Assembly (NCBI GenBank): GCA_044224375.1
Contig: JBGAKL010000006.1
Location: forward strand, 198,018 to 262,017
Direction of reading: 5' to 3'
Length of the DNA: 64,000 nucleotides
From: Cyclobacteriaceae bacterium
GTDB lineage: Bacteria; Bacteroidota; Bacteroidia; Cytophagales; Cyclobacteriaceae
Part shown: one piece after another, positions 9,824 through 21,787 of the stretch
Numbering within the stretch: the first letter of the stretch is position 1
Layout: each line of letters opens with the position of its first letter
Position numbers and translations under genes: made by a program
Notes under the pieces: generated by a model
Database searches by the model: none
Told to the model about the DNA's origin: nothing
What the model saw: only the letters and a program-made list of their open reading frames with translations

Positions 9824-11134
9824 ATGAAGCGATTTTTCACTACCATAAAGAACATTTTTTCAATCGAGGACCTGCGTGTGCGGATCCTGAATACGATTGG
9901 TTTCCTGGTTATTTTCAGACTGGGTTCTTATATCGTATTGCCCGGAGTTGAGCCCAGCGCACTTACCGGCAATCAGGGTGGTATCTTCGATCTGTTAAAT
10001 ACGTTCCTCGGAGGCTCCTTTAGCAGGGCTTCCATTTTTGCGCTCGGTATCATGCCCTACATCTCGGCATCCATCGTGGTGCAACTCTTGACAGTGGCAG
10101 TTCCGCACTTCACAAAGCTCCAAAAGGAGGGTGAAAGTGGACGTAAGAAATTGAATCAGTTTACAAGGGTTTTGACAATCGTCATCACCGCAGCTCAGTC
10201 CTATGGCTATTTGAGAGCAACGCTCAATCCGGAAGCGATCGTGCAGCCCGGATTGTTCTTCACCGTTTCATCGGTGATTATCCTTGTAGCTGGCACCATG
10301 TTCTGCATGTGGCTTGGCGAGCGCATCACGGATAAAGGTATCGGAAACGGTATCTCCATGCTGATCATGATTGGAATTGTATCCCGTTTCCCAGGCGCGC
10401 TTTATTTGGAAGCGACTGGAAAAGGAATGCAGGGCGCGCTTTTGTTCATCATTGAATTGCTGGCCCTGTTCTTCGTTGTGGTTGGTGTGATTGCATTGAC
10501 ACAGGCAACACGCCGGATTCCGGTTCAATACGCGAAGCAGGTAGTTGGAAACAAATTGTATGGCGGCAAGCGTGATTTCATTCCGCTGAAGCTTAACTCC
10601 GCAGGCGTTATGCCGATCATCTTTGCGCAAGCGTTGATGTTTATCCCGCCGCTGGTGGCTGGTATCTGGAGAGACAGTGATATCGGTGCCTACGTTGGTT
10701 CGACTTTCGCTGACTTTACCTCCTGGCAATACAATTTGCTTTTCGCGGTGTTGATCCTGCTGTTCACGTTTTTCTATACGGCGATCACTGTACCATCTAA
10801 TGACATTGCAGATAATTTGAAGCGGAACGGCGGATTTATCCCTGGCATCAAGCCTGGTAAGCCCACCGCAGAATTTATCGATAGTATATTATCAAAGATT
10901 ACACTTCCGGGCGCCCTCTTTCTGGCGGCCGTTGCCATCATGCCTGCTTTTGCAGTGCGTGCTGGTGTGACGCAGAACTTCGCACAGTTTTATGGCGGCA
11001 CGTCTCTTTTGATCCTTGTTGGCGTTGTGCTTGACACGCTCCAGCAGATTGAAAGCTACTTGCTCATGAGGCACTACGAAGGGATGATGAAGTCCGGAAG
11101 AGTAAAAGGACGTTCTCAGTTTGCTGCGGCTTAA
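9824..11134 (+). CDS. secY: Preprotein translocase subunit SecY
   Basis: 436 aa polytopic membrane protein in the canonical position after rplO, with ...GIMPYISASIVVQLL... Confidence 0.97.
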   Translation: MKRFFTTIKNIFSIEDLRVRILNTIGFLVIFRLGSYIVLPGVEPSALTGNQGGIFDLLNTFLGGSFSRASIFALGIMPYISASIVVQLLTVAVPHFTKLQKEGESGRKKLNQFTRVLTIVITAAQSYGYLRATLNPEAIVQPGLFFTVSSVIILVAGTMFCMWLGERITDKGIGNGISMLIMIGIVSRFPGALYLEATGKGMQGALLFIIELLALFFVVVGVIALTQATRRIPVQYAKQVVGNKLYGGKRDFIPLKLNSAGVMPIIFAQALMFIPPLVAGIWRDSDIGAYVGSTFADFTSWQYNLLFAVLILLFTFFYTAITVPSNDIADNLKRNGGFIPGIKPGKPTAEFIDSILSKITLPGALFLAAVAIMPAFAVRAGVTQNFAQFYGGTSLLILVGVVLDTLQQIESYLLMRHYEGMMKSGRVKGRSQFAAA

Positions 11135-11139
11135 GGTCG

Positions 11140-11934
11140 ATGGTTCACCTGAAGACTGCCGAAGAGATTCAGATCATGAGGGAAAGCGCCGGTATTTTGG
11201 CGCAAGCTCACGGTGAAGTGGCCCGGATGATAAAGCCGGGAGCGAAGACGAAGGATCTGGATAAAAGGGCAGAAGAGTTTATCAGGGATAAGGGAGGAAT
11301 ACCTTCATTCCTGAACTACAACGGCTTTCCGGCTTCGTTGTGCATCTCCGTCAATGACGTGGTGGTGCACGGGATTCCTGGAGAGTATCAGTTGAAAGAA
11401 GGTGACATTATCACCATTGACGGCGGAGTTCAATACAAGGGCTATCACAGCGATGCGGCGTATACTTACCCGCTCGAGGGTGCGAGTCCGGAAGTTTTGA
11501 ATCTGCTGGAGAGGACTTACCAATCCCTGTATCTCGGCATCGCGCAGGCGAAGGCGGGAAACAGGATCGGCGACATCGGGAGTGCCATCCAGGAGTATGT
11601 GGAGAGCTTTGGATACGGTGTTGTTAGAGAGCTGGTGGGACATGGAGTTGGAAAAAAACTTCATGAAGATCCGGAGGTTCCCAACTACGGTAAACGCGGT
11701 AAGGGGACGAAGATCGTGGCCGGAATGGTGATGGCGATCGAGCCGATGATCAACATGGGCACTAAAAATGTTGTTCAGGAAAAGGACGGTTGGACGATCA
11801 AAACCGCGGACCGCAAACCTTCTGCTCACTTTGAGCATATGGTAGCAGTCTTCGCAGACAAAACGGAAGTATTGACAACACACGAAGAGATAGAAAAAAA
11901 TTATTCTTATAAGTGGCGAAACAAAAGTCGATAG
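11140..11934 (+). CDS. map: Type I methionine aminopeptidase
   Basis: 264 aa with metal-ligand context ...[12 protein letters not shown]...HGVGKKLHE...AIEPM... No adk lies between secY and map. Confidence 0.95.
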   Translation: MVHLKTAEEIQIMRESAGILAQAHGEVARMIKPGAKTKDLDKRAEEFIRDKGGIPSFLNYNGFPASLCISVNDVVVHGIPGEYQLKEGDIITIDGGVQYKGYHSDAAYTYPLEGASPEVLNLLERTYQSLYLGIAQAKAGNRIGDIGSAIQEYVESFGYGVVRELVGHGVGKKLHEDPEVPNYGKRGKGTKIVAGMVMAIEPMINMGTKNVVQEKDGWTIKTADRKPSAHFEHMVAVFADKTEVLTTHEEIEKNYSYKWRNKSR

Positions 11935-12131
11935 AGCAGGACGGAACCATCCAGGAAGCATTGTCAAACGCAATGTTCCGGGTGCAGCTTGAGAATGGAC
12001 ATGAGGTGTTGGCACATATATCTGGCAAGATGAGGATGCACTATATCCGGATCCTGCCTGGTGACAAAGTGAGACTGGAGATGTCTCCCTATGATTTGAC
12101 AAAAGGCAGAATAACGTTTAGATACAAGTAA
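11913..12131 (+). CDS. infA: Translation initiation factor IF-1
   Basis: 72 aa, (M)[40 protein letters not shown]... GTG start at 11913 overlaps the map 3' end by 22 nt. Confidence 0.93.
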   Translation: MAKQKSIEQDGTIQEALSNAMFRVQLENGHEVLAHISGKMRMHYIRILPGDKVRLEMSPYDLTKGRITFRYK

Positions 12132-12132
12132 T

Positions 12133-12249
12133 ATGAAGGTAAGAGCATCCATAAAAAAGCGCAGCGCCGAATGCAAGATCATCCGTCGCAAGGGCAAATT
12201 GTATGTGATCAATAAGAAGAATCCACGCTATAAGCAGCGCCAGGGATAG
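12133..12249 (+). CDS. rpmJ: 50S ribosomal protein L36 (bL36)
   Basis: Not in the ORF track (38 aa). Hand translation gives [38 protein letters not shown]. Confidence 0.88.
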   Translation: MKVRASIKKRSAECKIIRRKGKLYVINKKNPRYKQRQG

Positions 12250-12250
12250 A

Positions 12251-12340
12251 GTTAATAGTTATCCGTTAATAGGACTATAAGCGGATAATTAGGAACCACA
12301 AACTGATAACTGACAACGATTAACAGATAACTAACAACAA
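12251..12340. repeat. Heptamer-phased inverted arms in the rpmJ-rpsM spacer
   Basis: Left arm GTTAATA GTTATCC GTTAATA (12251-12271). Right arm AACTGAT AACTGAC AACGATT AACAGAT AACTAAC AACAA (12301-12340). The reverse complement of the left arm matches 12318-12338 at 17 of 21 positions by hand count. Confidence 0.7.
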
Positions 12341-12721
12341 ATGGCACGTATAGCAGGTGTTGACATCCCGGACAACAAAAGAGGTGAGGTAGGACTCACG
12401 TACATCTACGGCATCGGTCGCAGGTCTGCGCAGAATATCCTCACTCAGGCAGGTGTAAGCTGGGACAAGAAAGTTAAAGAATGGAACGACGAAGAGTCGA
12501 ACGCGATCCGTACGATCATTGCTGAAAAGCATAGAATCGAAGGTGCGCTCCGCTCAGAAGTTCAGCTCAGCATCAAGCGTTTGATGGACATCGGCTCTTA
12601 CCGTGGACTCCGTCACCGCAAAGGTCTTCCTGTGCGTGGCCAAAAGACGAAAAACAATTCGCGTACACGCAAAGGAAAGCGCAAGACAGTGGCGAACAAG
12701 AAGAAAGCAACGAAAGGATAA
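12341..12721 (+). CDS. rpsM: 30S ribosomal protein S13 (uS13)
   Basis: 126 aa, [14 protein letters not shown]... Confidence 0.96.
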   Translation: MARIAGVDIPDNKRGEVGLTYIYGIGRRSAQNILTQAGVSWDKKVKEWNDEESNAIRTIIAEKHRIEGALRSEVQLSIKRLMDIGSYRGLRHRKGLPVRGQKTKNNSRTRKGKRKTVANKKKATKG

Positions 12722-12749
12722 TCATTAACTGAACGATAAGACTTTTTCT

Positions 12750-13154
12750 ATGGCAAACGAACCCGTTGAAAAGAAGAAAGACAAAAGCAAGAAGCGCACG
12801 GTGCAAGTTGAGGCAGTGGGCCAGGTACACATCCGGGCAACCTTCAACAACATTGTTATCTCTATGACCAATACTACTGGTCAGGTGGTGGCGTGGGCTT
12901 CTGCCGGAAAAATGGGATTCAAAGGTTCCAAGAAGAACACTCCTTACGCAGCCCAGACAGCTGCGCAAGAGGCTTCACAAAAGGCTTTTGAACTCGGTCT
13001 TCGCAAGGTTGAGGTTTTTGTAAAGGGTCCCGGCGCCGGCCGCGAATCTGCGATCCGTGCGATCCAGAACTCGGGCATCGAAGTGACGACGATCAAGGAC
13101 ATGACGCCACTGCCGCACAACGGCTGCCGTCCGCCTAAGAAAAGAAGAGTTTAA
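12750..13154 (+). CDS. rpsK: 30S ribosomal protein S11 (uS11)
   Basis: 134 aa, ...[28 protein letters not shown]... Confidence 0.96.
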   Translation: MANEPVEKKKDKSKKRTVQVEAVGQVHIRATFNNIVISMTNTTGQVVAWASAGKMGFKGSKKNTPYAAQTAAQEASQKAFELGLRKVEVFVKGPGAGRESAIRAIQNSGIEVTTIKDMTPLPHNGCRPPKKRRV

Positions 13155-13192
13155 GAATAAAAGATTTTTGAGTTTAAGTTTGATAATACATC

Positions 13193-13798
13193 ATGGCACG
13201 ATACACTGGTCCCAAAGCTAAGATTTCAAGAAAGTTCGGTGAGCCGATCATGGGAGAAAGCAAAGCCTTCCAAAAGAAGAGCTATCCTCCCGGTCAGCAT
13301 GGCAAGACAAAGAAGCGCAAGCAGTCTGAGTATGCGGTGCAGTTGCAGGAAAAGCAGAAAGCAAAGTATATCTACGGCGTGCTGGAGCGTCAGTTTGCTC
13401 ACACCTTCGACAAGGCTACGCGTAAGAAAGGCGTTACCGGCGAGGTGTTGCTGCAACTTCTCGAGGCGCGTCTTGACAACACAGTATTTCGTCTTGGCAT
13501 TGCCCCTACGCGGAGAGCAGCCCGCCAGCTCGTTGTACACAAGCACATCACCGTCAATGGTGAGGTAGTAAATATACCATCGTATTCACTCCGCCCCGGT
13601 GAAATTATCGCGGTGCGCGAGAAGTCGAAATCTCTGGAGACAATCTCCAATAGCCTCTCAATCGGAGGATCCAAGAAGTACAACTGGCTTGAGTGGGATG
13701 GCGCTGAGATGACCGGAAAGATCGTGAACCTTCCCCTCCGTGCCGACATACCCGAAAATATCAACGAGCAGCTTATCGTTGAATTGTACTCTAAGTAA
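13193..13798 (+). CDS. rpsD: 30S ribosomal protein S4 (uS4)
   Basis: 201 aa, [16 protein letters not shown]... Confidence 0.96.
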   Translation: MARYTGPKAKISRKFGEPIMGESKAFQKKSYPPGQHGKTKKRKQSEYAVQLQEKQKAKYIYGVLERQFAHTFDKATRKKGVTGEVLLQLLEARLDNTVFRLGIAPTRRAARQLVVHKHITVNGEVVNIPSYSLRPGEIIAVREKSKSLETISNSLSIGGSKKYNWLEWDGAEMTGKIVNLPLRADIPENINEQLIVELYSK

Positions 13799-13824
13799 TT
13801 TTTAGAAACGAAACACAAGCACCT

Positions 13825-14814
13825 ATGTCAATATTAGCATTTCAAATGCCGGAGAAGGTAGTGATGGAGAAGTCCGATGATTTCCACGGATTCTTCACCT
13901 TCAAACCGCTGGAAAAAGGATATGGAGTCACCATTGGCAACGCTCTCAGGAGAATCTTGTTGTCTTCACTGGAAGGCTACGCTATCACCGGTATCAAGAT
14001 ACCTGGCGTGCTGCATGAGTTCTCAACAATCGAAGGCGTCGTAGAAGATGTAGCGGAGATCATTCTAAACCTGAAACAGGTTCGTTTCCGCAAGCTTGCC
14101 GACAACTTCGACAATAAGATCACTGTCAACATCAAGAAGCAAAAAAACTTCAAAGCCGGCGATATTACCAAGTTCACTTCAGCTTTCGAGATTCTTAATC
14201 CGGAGCACGTGATCTGCACGCTGGATGAATCGTCGCATTTCGAGATAGAGCTTTCTATCGAAAAAGGCCGCGGCTATCTTCCCGCCGAAGAAAACAAGCC
14301 TAATGAACAGGTATTTGGGTTCATTCCGATCGACGCAATCTTCACACCTATAAAGAATGTGAAGTTCAGCGTGGAAAATACCCGCGTGGAACAAAGAACT
14401 GACTACGAGAAACTCCTCGTGGAAATTGAAACTGACGGATCCATCCATCCGGAGAAAGCGCTCGAAGGAGCTGCCTTTATCCTGATACAACACTTCCGCT
14501 TGTTCTCTGACAAGTCGATCGAACTTGAAACCGGAACAGACAGCGAAGTTGAGCAAGTTGATGAAGAGATGCTTCATATGCGCAAGCTGTTGAAAACTCC
14601 TCTTCACGACCTCGACCTGTCGGTGCGCGCCTACAACTGCTTGAAGGCTGCTGATGTAAAAACTCTGGGAGACCTCGTACAACTCGAGATCTCGGACATG
14701 ATGAAGTTCCGCAACTTTGGAAAGAAGTCACTTGCCGAATTGGAGCAGTTGGTTTCCGAGAAGAACCTGACCTTCGGCATGGACCTTGCAAAATATAAAC
14801 TGGACGAAGACTAA
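13825..14814 (+). CDS. rpoA: DNA-directed RNA polymerase subunit alpha
   Basis: 329 aa, ...[20 protein letters not shown]... with C-terminal domain ...[12 protein letters not shown]... Confidence 0.97.
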   Translation: MSILAFQMPEKVVMEKSDDFHGFFTFKPLEKGYGVTIGNALRRILLSSLEGYAITGIKIPGVLHEFSTIEGVVEDVAEIILNLKQVRFRKLADNFDNKITVNIKKQKNFKAGDITKFTSAFEILNPEHVICTLDESSHFEIELSIEKGRGYLPAEENKPNEQVFGFIPIDAIFTPIKNVKFSVENTRVEQRTDYEKLLVEIETDGSIHPEKALEGAAFILIQHFRLFSDKSIELETGTDSEVEQVDEEMLHMRKLLKTPLHDLDLSVRAYNCLKAADVKTLGDLVQLEISDMMKFRNFGKKSLAELEQLVSEKNLTFGMDLAKYKLDED

Positions 14815-15377
14815 TGAGACACGGTAAAAAAGATAATCACCTTGGCAGAACAAAAAGCCATCGTGATGCGATGCTCTCGAATATGGCCTCGTCGTTGCTC
14901 CTTAACAAAAGGATCACGACGACCGTTGCGAAAGCAAAAGAACTGCGCAAGTATGTAGAACCTTTGATCACGAGAGCAAAGACTGACACTACCCATTCGC
15001 GCCGGGTCGTCTTCTCCTACCTGCAAAATAAGGAGTCGATTCAGTCACTGTTTGGCGAAGTGGCAACCAGGACGGCAGACCGCCCGGGTGGTTACACACG
15101 CATCATCAAGCTGGGCGACGCCCGCCTTGGAGATGCCGCTGAAATGTGCATGATGGAGCTCGTCGACTTCAACGATATCTACAAGAAGGACGGTGCTGAC
15201 AAGAAGGGCAAGACTCGCAGAAGCAGAAGGGGCGGAAAGAAGGGTGAAGGCGCTGCCGAAGGCCCAGAAGCTGCTGAAGCTCCGGCTAAAGAAGCGAAAG
15301 CAAAAGCCCCGGCCAAAGAGGCCAAGGCTAAAGAAGATAAGCCGAAAGAGAAGAAATCACCCAAGAAAAAGGACTAA
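14814..15377 (+). CDS. rplQ: 50S ribosomal protein L17 (bL17) with an Ala/Lys/Glu-rich C-terminal extension
   Basis: 187 aa, [17 protein letters not shown]... The start overlaps the rpoA stop (TAATG). Confidence 0.94.
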   Translation: MRHGKKDNHLGRTKSHRDAMLSNMASSLLLNKRITTTVAKAKELRKYVEPLITRAKTDTTHSRRVVFSYLQNKESIQSLFGEVATRTADRPGGYTRIIKLGDARLGDAAEMCMMELVDFNDIYKKDGADKKGKTRRSRRGGKKGEGAAEGPEAAEAPAKEAKAKAPAKEAKAKEDKPKEKKSPKKKD

Positions 15378-15399
15378 GTGGGGATTTCAAACGATAGTG

Positions 15400-15432
15400 A
15401 AAGGGATTGGACGGAAGTTCAGTCCCTTTTTT
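15400..15432 (+). terminator. Rho-independent terminator after rplQ
   Basis: Stem AAAGGGA(TTGGA)...(TTCAG)TCCCTTT followed by a T-run. Lies 23 nt after the rplQ stop. Confidence 0.7.
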
Positions 15433-15493
15433 CGTTTTCCGTAGCGCAAGCAAATTCCGGAATGTATTTTTACCACCACAACCACACTACACC

Positions 15494-17897
<2,404 letters not shown>

Positions 17898-17907
17898 TGG
17901 TATTCGA

Positions 17908-17935
17908 GTCCAGGTTAAAAACCTGGACTTTTTTT
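17908..17935 (+). terminator. Rho-independent terminator after eno
   Basis: GTCCAGGTT-AAA-AACCTGGAC followed by T7. Confidence 0.85.
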
Positions 17936-18039
17936 GTTTGGACTTTGGTAAGAGTGAAACAAGAATTGTGATCCACAATTAGTGCATAATTTGTTGTGCA
18001 GATTATGTAGCCCTGTTGGATAGTTTAGCTGCCCTTTTG

Positions 18040-18843
18040 ATGAGACTTGCTTATAAGATACGGGCGTCCAGCCTGATAGCTTTTGGACTGCTATCGTTGT
18101 ATACGGGCTGCAGTAAAAAAGATCCGGCGCCTGCCGTGAAGCCTGCGGCTAGTGTTACAACGCCTAACTCAGCATATGTTTCGACCTATTGCACCGATAT
18201 CGCTGCAGGCGGCAAAAACTCAGTTTGGACACGAGACATCACGGAGACCGATGGCAAAGCATTCGTCATTCGATTTTCTTCGCGCTTCAACGCCGACGCT
18301 GGCCTTTTTGACCAGGAGCAAATTATCAACTTCGTAAACTTTCAAAGCGCAACGGGTTATGGTGCAATACCGAATGGTTTTGGAACGCGCCATATCAGGA
18401 TCCCGCCAGGGAAGTACACACTTGCTGTTCGGAACAGGTCCGGCAAAGCAAGTTCTTTCTCTCTTGAACTCGACTATGAAATAAATCTGCCCCCGACTGA
18501 TATGGCAACGTTGGATTTTCCTGCGAGCGAGGGAGCGCAGACGCTGGACCCAGGGACGGTCGCATATCAGCCATTCGCGATTGAGGCGGGTTATCGCTAT
18601 TTCCTGGACGGCAACAACACTGGCTTAAGTACTTATATTTTTGGCGCATCAGAGATTGAAAAGTTCAAGAACAGCCAGGCAATAAACTTTCACAGCCAGT
18701 ACTCGAGCCCTACCGTCAATTGCGAAATGCCCGGATTGATCGAGTTGGTGCTTCCTGTAGGAAATTACTTTATTGGCTTCCGGAACGATCAGACTGTGCC
18801 GAATTCATTCACTTATACAATCGATCGTTGGAGACTTGATTGA
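18040..18843 (+). CDS. Hypothetical lipoprotein with two similar beta-rich halves
   Basis: ATG 18040 gives MRLAYKIRASSLIAFGLLSLYTGC (lipobox). Two internal segments both end in a P-x-G-x-Y-x-[LI]-x-x-RN...SF...[LI]D pattern. Confidence 0.6.
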   Translation: MRLAYKIRASSLIAFGLLSLYTGCSKKDPAPAVKPAASVTTPNSAYVSTYCTDIAAGGKNSVWTRDITETDGKAFVIRFSSRFNADAGLFDQEQIINFVNFQSATGYGAIPNGFGTRHIRIPPGKYTLAVRNRSGKASSFSLELDYEINLPPTDMATLDFPASEGAQTLDPGTVAYQPFAIEAGYRYFLDGNNTGLSTYIFGASEIEKFKNSQAINFHSQYSSPTVNCEMPGLIELVLPVGNYFIGFRNDQTVPNSFTYTIDRWRLD

Positions 18844-18946
18844 GCGTTACGGATCGGAATTTCATTGTTGGCGGACGCTGCATTTGTATATTCTTCGGAT
18901 ACCGTGAGGGGTTCCTATTTATCTGGACGGGCTTCGTTTGGCTTTG

Positions 18947-18982
18947 AGCGTTGTCACATTTGATAAGAGACAACGCTTTTTT
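18947..18982 (+). terminator. Rho-independent terminator
   Basis: AGCGTTGTC-(13-nt loop)-GACAACGCT followed by T5. Confidence 0.65.
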
Positions 18983-19074
18983 CGCGTGTGACTGACTGCA
19001 CAGCGATGACTCCGCCCGCCCGCCACCTAGCAAGCAGGAAACTTCCTCTGACGAAGGCATCCCAGTGATTTATT

Positions 19075-19082
19075 TACATTTG
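19075..19082 (+). promoter_or_regulatory. Candidate -7 element TAcaTTTG
   Basis: Exact TAnnTTTG match ending 4 nt before the ATG at 19087. This would imply a leaderless or very short-leader mRNA. Confidence 0.25.
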
Positions 19083-19086
19083 AACA

Positions 19087-19449
19087 ATGGATACCGAACA
19101 ACTTGAACACATCGCCAATCTATGGATCGACGCATTCAATCGTCATGATCTTGATGCATTACTGGCACTATATAGCGACACAGCCGAGCACTACAGTCCA
19201 AAACTCAAAGTAAGACAGCCCGAGACACGTGGGATAATAAAGGGCAAAGACAAAATGCGCGCCTGGTGGAAAGATTCATTCGATCGCTTTCCCAACCTTC
19301 GATATGAGCTCATTAGGCTGACTGCGCAGAAGAACCGTGTCTTCATGGAGTATATTCGTCATGCTCCAGGAGAAGAAAACTTACGTGTGGGCGAAATGTT
19401 CGAGATCCGCGATAACCTTATCACGACGTCGCGTGTATATCACAGTTGA
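19087..19449 (+). CDS. SnoaL-like / NTF2-fold (ketosteroid-isomerase-like) protein
   Basis: 120 aa. The pattern ...WIDAFNRHDLDALLALYSDTAEHYSP... is typical of SnoaL-like domains. Confidence 0.7.
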   Translation: MDTEQLEHIANLWIDAFNRHDLDALLALYSDTAEHYSPKLKVRQPETRGIIKGKDKMRAWWKDSFDRFPNLRYELIRLTAQKNRVFMEYIRHAPGEENLRVGEMFEIRDNLITTSRVYHS

Positions 19450-19649
19450 CAGAAATTCAGGCACAGACGCAAGAAAACCGACCAGGCGTTGGCAGCTTTA
19501 GGTCGGACGATCCGCAAGCGACTTCGTCTTCGTAGCTAAAAATTGGGGATAGATCGCTTTCTTGGCCGGAATCGCGGCCATGAAGTGCCCTACAATTGGA
19601 CTTGCATCGCAGAATATTTTATATCTTCGTATCACTATTTTTTAATCTT

Positions 19650-19943
19650 ATGCTGAAGCAATTGCCTCCTGTATTTAGGAATTTCTACTTTATCACTGGG
19701 GTGCTCTTTCTTGTGTGGATGACTTTTCTTGACTCTAATGACCTGATCAATAGGTTTAGGCTATCTGCTAAGTTGAGGTCGCTCGAAAACGAGAAGGAAT
19801 ACTATCATGAAAAGATCCAGGCTGTCGAAAAAGACAGGCAGGAACTCATGGGCACAACGCAACTACTTGAGAAGTTTGCGCGCGAAAAATACCTAATGAA
19901 GAAGCAGACAGAGGACATTTTCATCATCCAGGAAAAAGATTAA
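19650..19943 (+). CDS. Septum formation initiator (FtsB/FtsL-like) protein
   Basis: ATG 19650. One TM segment (FYFITGVLFLVWMTFL) followed by a coiled coil ...LRSLENEKEYYHEKIQAVEKDRQEL...EKFAREKYLMKK. Confidence 0.7.
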   Translation: MLKQLPPVFRNFYFITGVLFLVWMTFLDSNDLINRFRLSAKLRSLENEKEYYHEKIQAVEKDRQELMGTTQLLEKFAREKYLMKKQTEDIFIIQEKD

Positions 19944-19946
19944 GTC

Positions 19947-20480
19947 ATGAAGAAACTGCTGGCTGGTATTGTGATCCTTCTTTGCGTCGGGCCGGCCTGC
20001 GCGCAACGTGATATCCCGACCGAGGGCAAGGTGTCCCCCGGCGATCGTCTGTATTTCGGAGGTGGGCTGGGATTCAGCAGTGGTTCTACCGGCGTTGGGC
20101 GCTATACCTATATCGGACTCTATCCGATAGTAGGATACATGCTCACACCGCAGCTTTCAACTGGTGCAACGATCACATATCAATACTACGACTATCCGGA
20201 TCAGAATTACAGCTTGACACAGTATGGTGTTAGTCCATTCTTGCGCTACAACCTGGGGCAAGTCTTTGCCTATACGGAGTACATGATTCTCAACTCGCCC
20301 AGCTACGACCCCGGAAGTCCACGACAAACCTACAACCGCTGGCTCATGGGACTTGGCTTCCGGCAGCCCGTTGGAAAAAGGGGATCGATCAACGTAATGG
20401 GTTTGTATGATGTGCTCTACAATCCAGCTGACAGGGTGTTTACTTCACCGTGGGTATTCCGGGTCTTCTTCGCTTTCTAG
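19947..20480 (+). CDS. Small outer-membrane beta-barrel-like hypothetical protein
   Basis: Signal peptide MKKLLAGIVILLCVGPACAQ, alternating aromatic/Gly-rich strands, C-terminal Phe. Confidence 0.55.
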   Translation: MKKLLAGIVILLCVGPACAQRDIPTEGKVSPGDRLYFGGGLGFSSGSTGVGRYTYIGLYPIVGYMLTPQLSTGATITYQYYDYPDQNYSLTQYGVSPFLRYNLGQVFAYTEYMILNSPSYDPGSPRQTYNRWLMGLGFRQPVGKRGSINVMGLYDVLYNPADRVFTSPWVFRVFFAF

Positions 20481-20582
20481 AATTCGATATTCATTATATT
20501 CATTATTGGTCGTTTGACATCGGATATTGGCTTCTTAGTATCCAATGCTGACCATTGAATGTCCAGCACTCCAGCCGTGAGC

Positions 20583-21656
20583 TCACCCGAACTTCACTCC
20601 GAGTTTTCCGCCCAACTCTTTGAGATCATCGACAACCTTCGGATCCAACGGAATTCCGCTCTTCATTCTTTCTATTTCTGATTCCCGTTCGGGATCTCCG
20701 GGTATGATTACTGCCGGTTGACCATCGATTGTTTTTGCCGAGCGAAATCGAGTGATCCAATTGTCCATATGCTCCTTGAATTCATGTGCAGGTCTGAAGG
20801 CATCGACTCGCATCGCTCCGAAGAAATGTCCGATGCCTTCACCGACCGGATCGGCGGGTGGCGCCAGAAAACTTACGAAAGGCGGTACCCATGGCCCGTA
20901 GTTTGCGCCAGACAGTACCGCAGAAAAAATATCGACCCATGCTCCGAGGCAAAAGCCTTTGTGACTTCCATGCTCGCGATCGCTGCCGAGTGGAATCAAC
21001 GCCCCACCATCCTTTAACTCATGGGCGTTTGTTGAAGGCGACCCATTCTTTTTCTGGATCCAGCCAATCGGCGCTTCCTGATCTTTGCGCTGAAGGATCT
21101 CAAGCTTGCCGTTCGCTGCTGTCGTGGTGGCAAAGTCAGCCACGAAGGGTGGCTGCTTTCCCGCTGGGATCGCAACACAAATGGGATTTGTGCCCAGCAA
21201 CCTTTCAACAGAAAAAGTCGGCGCGACGAGAGGACTTGCATTCGTCATTGCCATACCGATCATATCATGATCAAGTGCCATCATCGCATGCCTTCCGGCA
21301 ATTCCAAAATGGTTGGAGTTCTTTACTGCCACCCATCCTGTACCGCACGTTTGTGCTTTCTTGATGGCTATCTCCATTGCATACGGCGCGATCACAAGGC
21401 CAAGGCCCTGGTCGCCATCGACGACTGCCGTGCTCGGAGATTCGTGCACAATTTTCATCGCTGGCTTGCTGTTAATACGCTTCGCTTCCCATAGCCTCAC
21501 ATATCCACTAAGCCGTGCGAGGCCGTGTGAATCGATGCCGCGGGCATCGGCACTCAGCAGGACGTCGGTCGCTTGTTTTGCATGGTCCGGGGGGCAGCCG
21601 ATTTGGATAAAAATTTCGCGGGCAAACTTCGAGAGTTGGTTGTAAGAAAAAGTCAT
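20583..21656 (-). CDS. Ldh2-family (malate/L-lactate/ureidoglycolate-type) NAD(P)-dependent dehydrogenase
   Basis: 357 aa, ...LLSADARGIDSHGLARL...NSNHFGIAG... Confidence 0.82.
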   Translation of the reverse strand: MTFSYNQLSKFAREIFIQIGCPPDHAKQATDVLLSADARGIDSHGLARLSGYVRLWEAKRINSKPAMKIVHESPSTAVVDGDQGLGLVIAPYAMEIAIKKAQTCGTGWVAVKNSNHFGIAGRHAMMALDHDMIGMAMTNASPLVAPTFSVERLLGTNPICVAIPAGKQPPFVADFATTTAANGKLEILQRKDQEAPIGWIQKKNGSPSTNAHELKDGGALIPLGSDREHGSHKGFCLGAWVDIFSAVLSGANYGPWVPPFVSFLAPPADPVGEGIGHFFGAMRVDAFRPAHEFKEHMDNWITRFRSAKTIDGQPAVIIPGDPERESEIERMKSGIPLDPKVVDDLKELGGKLGVKFG

Positions 21657-21675
21657 GGGGTTAGAATCTAAGTCG

Positions 21676-21683
21676 CAAAAATA
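21676..21683 (-). promoter_or_regulatory. Candidate -7 element TAttTTTG for the Ldh2-family gene
   Basis: The reverse complement of CAAAAATA is an exact TAnnTTTG match, 19 nt upstream of the start at 21656. Confidence 0.35.
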
Positions 21684-21787
21684 ACGAAACGCCGCGCCTA
21701 AGGCCCGGATCGCCAGTCACCACACATTATTTCTACCTTTACATTATGGAAAATGCCTGTTAAGAGCATCCTTCAAATAAAAAAGCT

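Noticed and set aside
11305-12102. 265-aa minus-strand ORF opposite map and infA
   Set aside because: It lies entirely antisense to two strongly conserved genes and has no recognisable motif. It is a typical shadow ORF.
15407-15493. N-terminal extension of carA (TTG 15407)
   Set aside because: It would be translated through the rplQ terminator hairpin, and the residues are not CarA-like.
18809-19060. 83-aa minus-strand ORF in the lipoprotein / SnoaL spacer
   Set aside because: It spans a plus-strand terminator, its composition is unlike the neighbouring genes, and it has no motif.
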